Shown here: piece after piece, positions 1 through 9,375 of the stretch
Numbering within the stretch: the stretch's first letter is position 1
Layout: every line of letters starts with the position of its first letter
Source: Bigelowiella natans CCMP2755
Taxonomy: Eukaryota > Protista > Cercozoa
Reading direction: 5' to 3'
Assembly: GCA_000320545.1 (NCBI GenBank)
Contig: ADNK01001325.1
Location: forward strand, 1-64,000
Length of the DNA stretch: 64,000 nt
Notes under the pieces: model-generated
What the model was told of the DNA's origin: nothing
Databases searched by the model: none
Seen by the model: only the letters and a program-made list of their open reading frames with translations
Program-made: the position numbers and the translations under genes

Positions 1-2924
1 GCTGCAGTCTGCAAGAATGACTTTAACTCCTTTGCATTCTTAGGTTTAGGGGCTTGCTGTAGTGCTGCTACTTTCTCGGGGTTTGGGGTGATGCGGCCTT
101 GCTCCAGGTAATATCCACACCACTTGATTCTTGTAGCTAGGAATGTACACTTCTGCAGTCTAATAGTAAAACCGAAGTGTGCAAACCTAATAAATATATT
201 TTCCAGGAGGAAGATCTGAGCGACGACTGTGTTGGTACATATTATGTCATCATCCACATACACAAACACAAACACCCACAACACAGACGCCATCCCATCA
301 TGTGTGTATGCCCTGTAGTTCTGACTACTGAACGCATCCCCTGATATGCTTAGGCCGTAAGGGAATACGACGAAGTGCCACTTCCTGTGCCTGCTGGAGA
401 ACGCGGTAATGGGGCGGGAGGTTTTGTGGATGGGTGTCTGCATGTATGATTCATTTTTATCTAGGGAAGAGTAGTATTTGTATCCTATGACGTGTTCAAT
501 AACGTCATCTATCCTTGGTGTAGGTGTCTGGATCCTCTTTATTACTCGGTTGTGGCGGATGAAGTTGTGCGCCAGGCGGAAGAAAGGGTAAGTAGGTTTC
601 TTAGCTAGCACATGTCTCACGTTCCATGGTGAGTTGCTTGGCTCTATCTTCCCTTCCTTTGCCCATTCATTGATCTGCCACTCTATCTTTTCCCAGTCCG
701 CTTCCGGTCGCCTATGTTCTGGGTCATTGATGATGCACTCTTCGTATCCCTTCTTTAGCTCGATCTTTACTGGGGTAAGCTTGCTGGAGGGCTTCGTCGT
801 CGGCTTGGTGATGTCAGAGTACTTCTCGTTTAATATTTTATTAATGTACTTTTTGCCTTTGTCGATATCCCAATCATCAGCTGGGGGGGTCTTGTCCAGT
901 AGCTCCGTTATCTGTCGGATGGTCTTGCCGGGGTTCTTCTTCCGTAGCTCGGTAGGTGTAGGTAGCTTGTTGTCCGCTAGGTCCATAAACTCTAACGCAT
1001 TAACGCTTGACTCAGAGGTCCACTCGTCAAGCCGTATCATGTTCTGGCTGATGGTCCTGCCTGACTTCTTTGGCAACTTAGCAAAGTATATCTTGTGATT
1101 GTAGAATGATATGATCCCCCCTAATTTTTCTAGGGCATCCTGTCCGAGGAGTAGTTCCATGGATAAAGTCATGGCTACTCGGGTCTTGATTTGGGTCTCC
1201 GCGTCGCTGCCAGGTATCTGTAGCTTTAGCATTAGCTCACCGACGGTCTTCATGGAAGAGCTTCCGTCTGCTTGAGCATATTTACGTTCTTTCTTAGTCA
1301 CTTGATCCAATAGTCCTAACCTTCTTACTGTGCTTAGGCTTATGAAGGACTTCGGCATGCTGCCACTATCCCAAAGGGCAGGTAGTTTCTTGTAGTCTCC
1401 GTAGCTGTCTTTAACTTTAACCTTGGTCATAGCAACTTTGATAGTCCTGTTAGCGTCTTCGTCATTAATGTTGCATACTCCTAAGTTCTTTATGTCGTCT
1501 AGGGTCATGGGCTTGTCTTGGTCCTGCGTTGCTGGTACTGCTGTCTTCGTCGGCGCCTGCTTAAGGTGATCTAATATTCCGTTTATCTGCTGCTGTATAG
1601 CATTGATACTGTTCTGCTTTTTGTTCTTATATTTATTGTTCTTCCCGTTGTTGCTGCCTTGCCATTTGCTGTTGTTATATCCTTGTCCTCTGCCTTTCTT
1701 TCTCTTTAACTTCTCGTAGTGTTCGTTGAGCTGCCTGATCGTCATCCTGGGTCGTCCTTCTTTCCTGTCTCTGCAGTCTTTAGCGGTGTGTTTCCCTTTA
1801 CGTGAGCAGTATCCGCAACGTCGGTTACCTTCCCTGTCCTTGTACCAGTCTCGCTGCGGCTTAATAGCGTTAATGTTTCCTATGCCAGGTACCTTAGGGC
1901 TGGTAAACTTGCGGTCCTGCTCCTGCTCGCGTAGGGATATAGCCTGCACTGCTGCCTCCATCGTGGTGTAGCCTTTCTCCGTAACGTAAGTGGATTCCTT
2001 TATCTTTAACTTGAACTCTTCAAACCTTGCCTGATCATCACCTGTGTTGTAATTAAAATCATGTAGTTCGTCGATCATATCCTGGAAGCGCGTGGCAAAG
2101 TCTCTAACAGGTTCTCTCTCATGCTGCATCATTGCTCTGTATTTTCTAATAGCCTGGGGTAGGGAGTTAGCATCCTGTTCATTTACAAAAGCCTTCATTA
2201 TCGCCTCAACGTCTCGTAGCCCACTAACTGTAGTGTGTATTTTCTCTAGCTGCCTGATCCGGGTCCTGCCTGTCTCGTAAAGGTCCATGGCTTGCTTTAT
2301 TATAGCTAGCCATTTGAGCTTGTCGTTTTCGGTGGGGTTAGGGGTAAAGTCGCAGAGTATACTCCTAGCGTTCTTCCACCACCTCCTTGCCTCACCTCTT
2401 TTCCCGTTGTATTTCGTTATCATAACCGGTGCTGTTTTAACAGACATGAACTGGGTGTTCCGCTGTACCGGCTGCTGCTGCTTGACGGTGCTCTGGGTCG
2501 TCCCCCGCGAGGCGCCCAGACCCCCGTCGTTCCTAAACAAAGCTGCCCACTCTGGAGGTAAGTCTGCTTCGTAATCCATGATGTCCTGCATGATAGCTGC
2601 CCAAACATCATGTGTCTGATACTTGTATTCTATCGATACTTTCAGTTTGGCGTAGTTGCTCGCCCTGGGTCGCAAGGCTCGTAATGCCATTACGACCTTC
2701 TTGCTTTCGGCGGCCACGTCCTCGTCGTCCGCCTCGTAGAAGTTCTCCAGTGCCTCTGCTGCTGCATCTGCTTTCTTAATCCCGGGTGCTGGTCCCGGCG
2801 GTGCCTGTGGAGGTGTTCCTCCTCCTTCCTTAGCGTCCGTATCGCCCTTCCTTTCCTGTTTCTGCTCGTGCCCTTGCACGGCCTGCGAGCCAAAGTCCTG
2901 CTGTTCTTCTAGCTGCTGTGACAT
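1..2924 (-). CDS. Gag-Pol polyprotein (gag, zinc knuckle, aspartic protease, reverse transcriptase); open to the window edge
   Basis: Manual translation from ATG 2924 (MSQQLEEQQDFG...) shows no stop. Motifs: zinc knuckle CGYCSRKGKHTAKDC, protease ALWDSGS (about 1361-1381) and LLLGQD, RT IEPSNSPWN, SSLD, TAF, FPYGL, YVDD (249-260, in frame with the ATG), and KCTF. Probably missing from the ORF track because no stop lies in the window. Confidence 0.93.
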   Translation of the reverse strand, partial: MSQQLEEQQDFGSQAVQGHEQKQERKGDTDAKEGGGTPPQAPPGPAPGIKKADAAAEALENFYEADDEDVAAESKKVVMALRALRPRASNYAKLKVSIEYKYQTHDVWAAIMQDIMDYEADLPPEWAALFRNDGGLGASRGTTQSTVKQQQPVQRNTQFMSVKTAPVMITKYNGKRGEARRWWKNARSILCDFTPNPTENDKLKWLAIIKQAMDLYETGRTRIRQLEKIHTTVSGLRDVEAIMKAFVNEQDANSLPQAIRKYRAMMQHEREPVRDFATRFQDMIDELHDFNYNTGDDQARFEEFKLKIKESTYVTEKGYTTMEAAVQAISLREQEQDRKFTSPKVPGIGNINAIKPQRDWYKDREGNRRCGYCSRKGKHTAKDCRDRKEGRPRMTIRQLNEHYEKLKRKKGRGQGYNNSKWQGSNNGKNNKYKNKKQNSINAIQQQINGILDHLKQAPTKTAVPATQDQDKPMTLDDIKNLGVCNINDEDANRTIKVAMTKVKVKDSYGDYKKLPALWDSGSMPKSFISLSTVRRLGLLDQVTKKERKYAQADGSSSMKTVGELMLKLQIPGSDAETQIKTRVAMTLSMELLLGQDALEKLGGIISFYNHKIYFAKLPKKSGRTISQNMIRLDEWTSESSVNALEFMDLADNKLPTPTELRKKNPGKTIRQITELLDKTPPADDWDIDKGKKYINKILNEKYSDITKPTTKPSSKLTPVKIELKKGYEECIINDPEHRRPEADWEKIEWQINEWAKEGKIEPSNSPWNVRHVLAKKPTYPFFRLAHNFIRHNRVIKRIQTPTPRIDDVIEHVIGYKYYSSLDKNESYMQTPIHKTSRPITAFSSRHRKWHFVVFPYGLSISGDAFSSQNYRAYTHDGMASVLWVFVFVYVDDDIICTNTVVAQIFLLENIFIRFAHFGFTIRLQKCTFLATRIKWCGYYLEQGRITPNPEKVAALQQAPKPKNAKELKSFLQTA

Positions 2925-2940
2925 TGTTAGTCAAATCGTT

Positions 2941-2958
2941 TCCCGTGTGTGGAAGCCA
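2941..2958 (-). promoter_or_regulatory. Primer binding site (tRNA identity not determined)
   Basis: TGGCTTCCACACACGGGA lies 5 nt inside the LTR end; the leading TGG is complementary to tRNA CCA. Confidence 0.65.
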
Positions 2959-2963
2959 AAGGT

Positions 2964-3289
2964 TGTTGCGCGTAAGGTGTTCACAGGCCGAGGCGCTACG
3001 TGCACAAGTAGGCAGGGGGGGGGAAAGGCACGTTTGCTTCCTTTTGAAGAGTTGTGTTTATTTTTATTAAAGATTATATTTTTATTAAATCGTGCACTGC
3101 GTAATCATTCGCGAAGCTTTCGCGAATGCCGCCGCACGTGGGGCAGCACACTTCCGGTGTGCTGCCATGAGTCCCGCCGGAACCCACGTGCCTATGCTGT
3201 ATTAATATCTACGTTATCTATATTCTATATCCGCGACAACCCCTTTGTTGTCGCACGTGACTTGTGCCCGCGTAGTGGTACGCGCTACA
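2964..3289 (-). repeat. 5' LTR (326 bp)
   Basis: Minus strand begins TGTAGCGCGTA and ends TACGCGCAACA: TG...CA termini with a 10/11 inverted repeat. AATAAA motifs near 3057-3086. TpA-rich composition stops at 3289. Confidence 0.8.
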
Positions 3290-3824
3290 TGAGCGATGTG
3301 AAAGGTCGCGACGGTTTGGGCTGGCAGGAACTGTCTGCACGTCAAGCTTGTGTGTCACACGCATGCAAAGGTGCACAAATTCTGGAAACTGTTGCTCACA
3401 CACAGCACTGGCACAAGCAAGCGTTGTGACAGAGTTGCGACAAGCTGTTGCTCACTGACTTTGCACTGTCAGGTGCGTTGAGCTCACGACTGGATGTCAC
3501 TTGTGTGACACGTTCACTTGTCACGTTTCACGAAGCACATGGAAGGAACAAGCGTTTGCACAGATGAACGCATGCTGCGTGCACGGACGACATGCATCGA
3601 CAGTGCCAGCATTTGTTGCCAGGTTTGCATCGCACCGCACCTAGAAACACAAGGCGGATGCTGGTGTCGATGCTTTGCTCGTGACAACCACAACAAGAAC
3701 CACCACCACACCACCACAACAACAACAACAACAACAACAATGATGACAACATTGCGATGTTTTGTTTGGCAACGACAACCACAACAACAACAACAACAAC
3801 AACAATGTTTTCAGCCCGAAGAAA
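3290..3824. other. TpA-depleted hypermutated domain
   Basis: Only one TpA seen (CTAG at 3641) in about 535 bp. CA/TG/CG rich, with (CCA)n and (CAA)n tracts. Confidence 0.85.
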
Positions 3825-3991
3825 TAAATGATTGATGAAGATGATGACCAGCAGCTCCAGCAGCACAAACACACCGATGCGCATGCTTTCCAAGTCATGG
3901 GAGGAGCCAAACATCGTCATGTCTTCAACTCAGTACGGGACTAAGTCAATAAATTTGCAATTTGACCACATCTCTCCAACAGAGCACTCAG

Positions 3992-5601
3992 ATGTCTGCC
4001 GAACGACGCGAAGCACTGCCCCTCTCCGATAGCGACCCTGCTGTATTTCCATCCACCCGACCTTCGCCTCAGATGAATTTCACGCGAGCCGCTGCAACAA
4101 ATCAGATGCTAATCAATTCTGAGACAAGATCTCGCATCGATGCTGAGAGCAAAACTAGGACAATTGCTGGAATTCATGACAAGGTTAAAGACATCAAAAT
4201 TGCAGTCAACGTTAGTGATGAAATCACAACTAACGATGTAATCGGAGAAATGACAACGTGCAAAGCCCAACGTGTGGAACTAGGTTGTAGCTGCTGCTGC
4301 TATCCACGTCATCGAATCTTTGTGACCCAATGTCGTTCTGTTTTCACCAGTCAGTTGAAAACGTTTTGTCTTGAGTCCTTCTCGCTGGTGCGCAGCTACC
4401 ATCTCTCCGAAGTTTCCAGCACATATATCTGGACCGGTGGATGTGCAACATTTTTCCTCATTTTCATTCTGTTGTTTGTCCTCGGAATTTTGCTGATGGC
4501 ATCAGGGGTCATCGAAGGGGAGGGTGCAATTTTTGCAATGAGTTTTGTGGCTCTTGGAGTGTGGCTGCTGCAAGTGTGCTGTCTGAAAGACTCGCTTGTC
4601 GGTGCAAAACTCAAATGGCCCGCAACGAGCAACCCTGTTGAAGATTCGATTTTGCTCAATGTGAATGTTGGGCAAGTAGCGTACAGAGTTTTGACTCAAG
4701 CTGCATGTGCTGAGGATGGACACTGTCCTCATCCCACTGTTCTCACAAAAGAAGAGAAAGTCGAACGAGGACGCGGAAATTTCGATCTTTTCGATAGTGA
4801 AAAACTGATGTGTGTAGCCGATGGCAGCAACATCATTGAAAAATGCCCCATTCAGTTCCTGTTCAAAAGAAGGATCTTCGTGGGAGTGACGAACCAACGT
4901 GTGATGTTGCAAAGCAACACAAAAATAGCTTGCCTCGATTTCGAAGATTTTGAAACTTGGTACAAAGTGAGAGATGTCTCTGCAGTGTATGTCGGAACAG
5001 ACACGGCGTTGCAGCTTCCATTCTTTGCCTCTTTCAATGCATTTCTGGGGATTGTTTTGCTAAGTGCTGGTTTGCCGGGTTCAGGAGGATTTCTTTTGAT
5101 GCTTGGTGAGAGCATACATCTAACGAACGCGCATGCACAAACATGCACAAATGTACTAGAAGCATTGTGTCAGTTGTGAGATGATTATCCATGAATTCTC
5201 GTTTCATTGCTCAATGGTGTTGACCAGGGATACTTGCGGTCATTTTCTGGGTTTTCATGCTACTACAAAGATCATCGACTTTGACATTGAAAATTGCAAG
5301 GTTCGTCCCTATGTGAAGTGCTCTGACACATCATGTCTCATTCACCCGTTCATTCATGCACTACACGCATGCGTTTAGGGGCAAGTACACCGAAGACATT
5401 GTGATGAGAACTGACAAAGCCATGACCATCATGATGACGCTGCTTCAAAACCACGCTTTCAAATGGAGAAAGCCAGGCGTACCGTCCAGGCCAAAACACC
5501 ACACAAATTTTGCTGCAGCAGGTGTCGGAAAAAGGTTTTCATCAAAGGAATCTGACGGAAGAGTAAGAACTGCCGCGAGCACTGGACCCATTGGACGATG
5601 A
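3992..5601 (+). CDS. Uncharacterised membrane protein with two tandem beta-rich plus two-TM modules
   Basis: Exons about 3992-5105, 5228-5300 and 5379-5601 join in frame through GT-AG introns. Hydrophobic helices FFLIFILLFVLGILLM, IFAMSFVALGVWLL and FNAFLGIVLL. The start codon is uncertain. Confidence 0.7.
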
Positions 5602-5686
5602 CATGAGAAAACGTGAGAGTGGATTTGGAACTACGTACATGCATCTCTAGATCTAGACATGCATTCCAAGATTCTAACGGTGCGAT

Positions 5687-5795
5687 GAATCTTGATGTCA
5701 TGTCCGAGTCCAAGACAGGTGCTGAGTCATGTGTGAATTATTTGCACGTGCGTGCTAAACAAAGTTTCGCCCATGATGCCCTTTTCCACATGTGG
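5687..5795 (+). pseudogene. Inverted, mutated fragment of the neighbouring PLAC8 gene (exon plus intron)
   Basis: Aligns to the reverse complement of 7364-7463 with 6 transitions and 3 short insertions. Confidence 0.88.
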
Positions 5796-6647
5796 GGAGA
5801 GATGCGATGGCCATGCATGCAATGCCCAAATGCCATGATGTGGCATCGCATGCTTGCCATGCACGTTCAAGTCATGTTTAGAAGTGCGCGTTCGCACATC
5901 ATGCATGATCGAGCGAGTACTGTTGTGGCTAGCTGCAACGCATGATTATCGCAGTCCTCATTGTTTGCACATGCTGCATGCAGCCACCGCGAGCAATGCA
6001 GAATGTAAAGCGCGGCCGCTACAGCTATGTGCACAATCCTCCACAGTGGAGGAGCGCGTCCAAACAAACTCAAATCACATTCTAGCATTGTGAAAGCCGC
6101 TTTTCGGTGCAAGTGGGCACAGGGTTCAACTTCCTTGTAACTATCACTTCCTCATCGCATGTTTAGATTTTTAGACAAATGTTTTTTCGTAAAGTGCCAC
6201 TACCATTACAAGGTGCTACGGTTGATCCTTGCACTAAATAGGAGGTATTGGCGGTGCGTGGCACTGCTTTAGCTAGTTTGCTCCGCCACCTCTATGATCA
6301 ACTGAGTCCCAACAGTTTGTGAACAATCATCTGTTGGATTCTTGCTCCAATTATAATTACGTAGTCTCGGATGATCACCTTTGTCTGTTCGCGGAGTTGC
6401 GCGTCTTTTTGAAGTCGCAGTATGTACGCACTATTATTGGTGATGTATTTGGTGGATTACAAGGGGTGCTAAAAAACACTCATCATGCGCTAAAAAACAC
6501 TCATCATGCATGGCATCAATCTGACAATAATGATGACTGCGAATGGCAATGATTATGACGACCGCAACGAGTAAGGAAAAGAGAGGATGATAATGATGAT
6601 GATGATGATGATGATGAGCTTGGGATATGTATATATTTTGCTACTAC

Positions 6648-7811
6648 CTCTCTCCACATTTGCCGCATACATAATATTGAGAAACCTCGATTCTGAAGGC
6701 CGAAATCATCACAGGAAAGGATAGTGGGAACCGAGTAACACTTACGTGCACGAACTTATTAGAAATGGCAAACCAAAAACTTACCGCACATAGTTGATAC
6801 CTTGGCACACTGTACAGAAGTGGCAGAAAATGTGATCGCAAGTATCGCTCTCTATCCCCTCCTCTAGATTGTACTTGTCTCGAATATCGCTCCTAAATCC
6901 TAGGCCCAGCCACGACATGCAACCGCTGATGCAATTCGGTGAATTTTACCAAAGCAATAAGGGAAAAACAAAAGGGAGTGGACACAAAAAGACGTCAGCG
7001 TAAGGGTCGTGTTTTCTTTTGTAAGTGTGGGCTCCGCCTAGTCATTATAGATCACGCATAAAATATTTGGGAAGTAACTATTCTGTTTTTATTAGATGCT
7101 CAGAATACCACGAGCACAGCAGAGGAACAAGGTAGCCAATTGCATTCAATCCCAGGTATGAGATTGCAATGATTGTGTTTAAGGCCCAAATAATGTAGCA
7201 CATCCTGATTTCAGTAATATATATGAATAAGATAACGCACCATTGCATAATGCTACGGAATAATGATTTTTTGGTTGACATTTATGATATACCAGCAAAT
7301 CGTATATTGCAAGAAAAAGAAGAACATTCTCCCAGTGCGATAACCTATGATTTGGAACACATTCCACATGGAAAAGGGTATTATGGACGAAACTTTAGCA
7401 CACACGTGCAAATTCACACATGACTCAGCACCTGTCTTGGACTCGGACATGATATTAAGATTCTCCGCATACTGAGACGGTGCGCACCATGATACCGCAC
7501 AACACGTGTTACAGTCATCGAGACAGTCCCAGATAGTAGTGTTCCACTTTAATTCTGGCAATTGAATTAGATACAGACATAGATATTGAAATACTGCAGG
7601 GCATAGAGTCTGCTTTCATGAAAAAAGCTTAATTGGAAAAATTAGCAGAAATTCAATACCCTCATTGAAGAAGTTATTGATGCTTCCTACCATCGTTCCA
7701 ACCCTTGCTGTTTGGTTTTCGTTTAAGTTCGGACGGAAAATTCCAACGCGCCCCATCGCTCGAGTCTGGATTGCAAAGGTTCGGGGTGCATTCCCAGCCA
7801 CAGGACTTGGA

Positions 7812-7849
<38 letters not shown>

Positions 7850-7924
7850 TGTGTGTCGGGTATATAGATATTACTCATAGGCCTAACTTCTTTTATTGCT
7901 ATTCATGATCATCTTCGTCGTCAC

Positions 7925-7961
<37 letters not shown>

Positions 7962-8440
7962 TTGTCATTTACCTGGCGCTGAGCGTTGTACTCTGCCTTC
8001 TCTCTCCTCAAATGTACTTTTCGGTGCGGAGGTGATGATGGTCTGCGGAACGTGAGGACTACCATCCCCCGTGATTCTTCCATTAGGTCGTGATGATGAT
8101 GAGGCTCCTCCTTTGTTTAGGCCTCCTCTTCCCAGCTCTATGTGAGGTACATCCCAATTCATCCACGAAGAATATATAACACAATTTTGTTTTAATTTTG
8201 TTTATTTTTGACATATATATATGAGGGGAAAACACCTGAACTCCTTTGAGCCGGTAAGGAAGCATAGTTTCCCCCCCAGATTTGCTCAGTTACCTAAAAA
8301 TATAGATACATGTTTCATGCCACATGATGTTAGAATGAATACGTCCGAATATCTACCTCCTTCCCATCTCCCTCCGACCGATCATCTGGTGACAAAGCTG
8401 GAGACGGGACAACGATTCCTGGAGGAAGTCCAGCATCTAA
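6648..8440 (-). CDS. PLAC8-family Cys-rich protein with low-complexity N-terminal extension; both ends uncertain
   Basis: Exons encode WNTTIWDCLDDCNTCCAVSWCAPSQYAEN and RSDIRDKYNLEEGIESDTCDHIFCHFCTVCQ|ESR, the PLAC8 signatures. The exon at about 7660-7812 splices in frame; further upstream exons lie at about 7973-8137 and 8356-8437. Confidence 0.8.
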
Positions 8441-8898
8441 ACATGTTAACAAACAAAGAAGATTCTTGTATGGTAGCTCTTCCAATCGCAATGTATGATA
8501 TAATCCATGTAAATAGAAATAGTTTTTGAGATCATGGCAGTCTAAAAAGTATTCACAATTGAGAAATTCCTACATACTCGCATTAGGGAGAGAATTCGGC
8601 TTGTTGCTTTCAGGTGCGTCCATCAGCTCTGCTGCACATTCATTGTCAGACCATACATTTTCCTCTCAATTCTGTTATCAATTCTTTTCACCTTCCCTCC
8701 TCCTGTTATCGGTCCGGTAACTTGTCCCTTCCTGTCTCTCTAACCAGATCGTTCCATGGCTGCTTCTTTTACGTGGTTGAGGGTTTCTTTGTCGCCGTTA
8801 CATCGACCAGGGGAATTTTCCCAAAAACACTCACATTGACGATGTCGCAGTCTTTGATTCACATGCATCATCAAAGCAACTTGGAACAGCTTCATTTT

Positions 8899-9375
8899 GT
8901 CCTCACTGAAGCCAGTTCGAGGCACTGCATTTCGCACATTGCAAGTGTCTCGTTCACACTTACAATGGAAATGTAGTCTTTCATCATTGTTCATTTGTTC
9001 ATTGTTCGTTCGCTCAAGCAGGTTTTGCAACGATGCGAATGTCGGTTCGGGTGTGCTGATTGGGGAGGACGTGTCCCGCACGATCCTTTTGGCCGCTCCA
9101 TTGAAACACTTCGTTCGTTCGTTCGTTCGTTCGAGTCAGCACCACTCCGGTGGTCCTTTTCTGCATTTCTCCATGCAATTCAATGGTTGTCGTCCCATTC
9201 AAGAGTGTCACTTTCAAGTTTCTTCGTTTCTTTAGTGGCTACAATGCCATTCTTGATTCCTTTTGGTTTCACTAGATGGTCCTCACTGAAGTTAGTTCGA
9301 GGCACTGCGTTTCGCACACTGCAAATGTCTTGTTACACTTTGGAAATGTAGTTCTTTGTCATTGTTCATTGTTCT
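8899..9375. repeat. Diverged direct repeat of about 100 bp (8899-9000 and 9279-9375)
   Basis: gtcctcactgaagYYagttcgaggcactgcRtttcgcaca... occurs twice. Confidence 0.8.

Larger units (their letters stand above)
1..3289 (-). mobile_element. Ty3/Gypsy LTR retrotransposon, 5' portion (continues beyond window start)
   Basis: 5' LTR 2964-3289, PBS 2941-2958, then a single open gag-protease-RT frame. Protease directly followed by RT is the Gypsy domain order. Confidence 0.93.

Noticed and set aside
634-2893. Plus-strand and short minus-strand ORFs listed in the track
   Set aside because: Antisense or off-frame shadows of the gag-pol ORF.
3231-3238. Alternative LTR end at 3238 (CGCGACA)
   Set aside because: The end at 3289 gives a longer inverted-repeat match and coincides with the compositional boundary.
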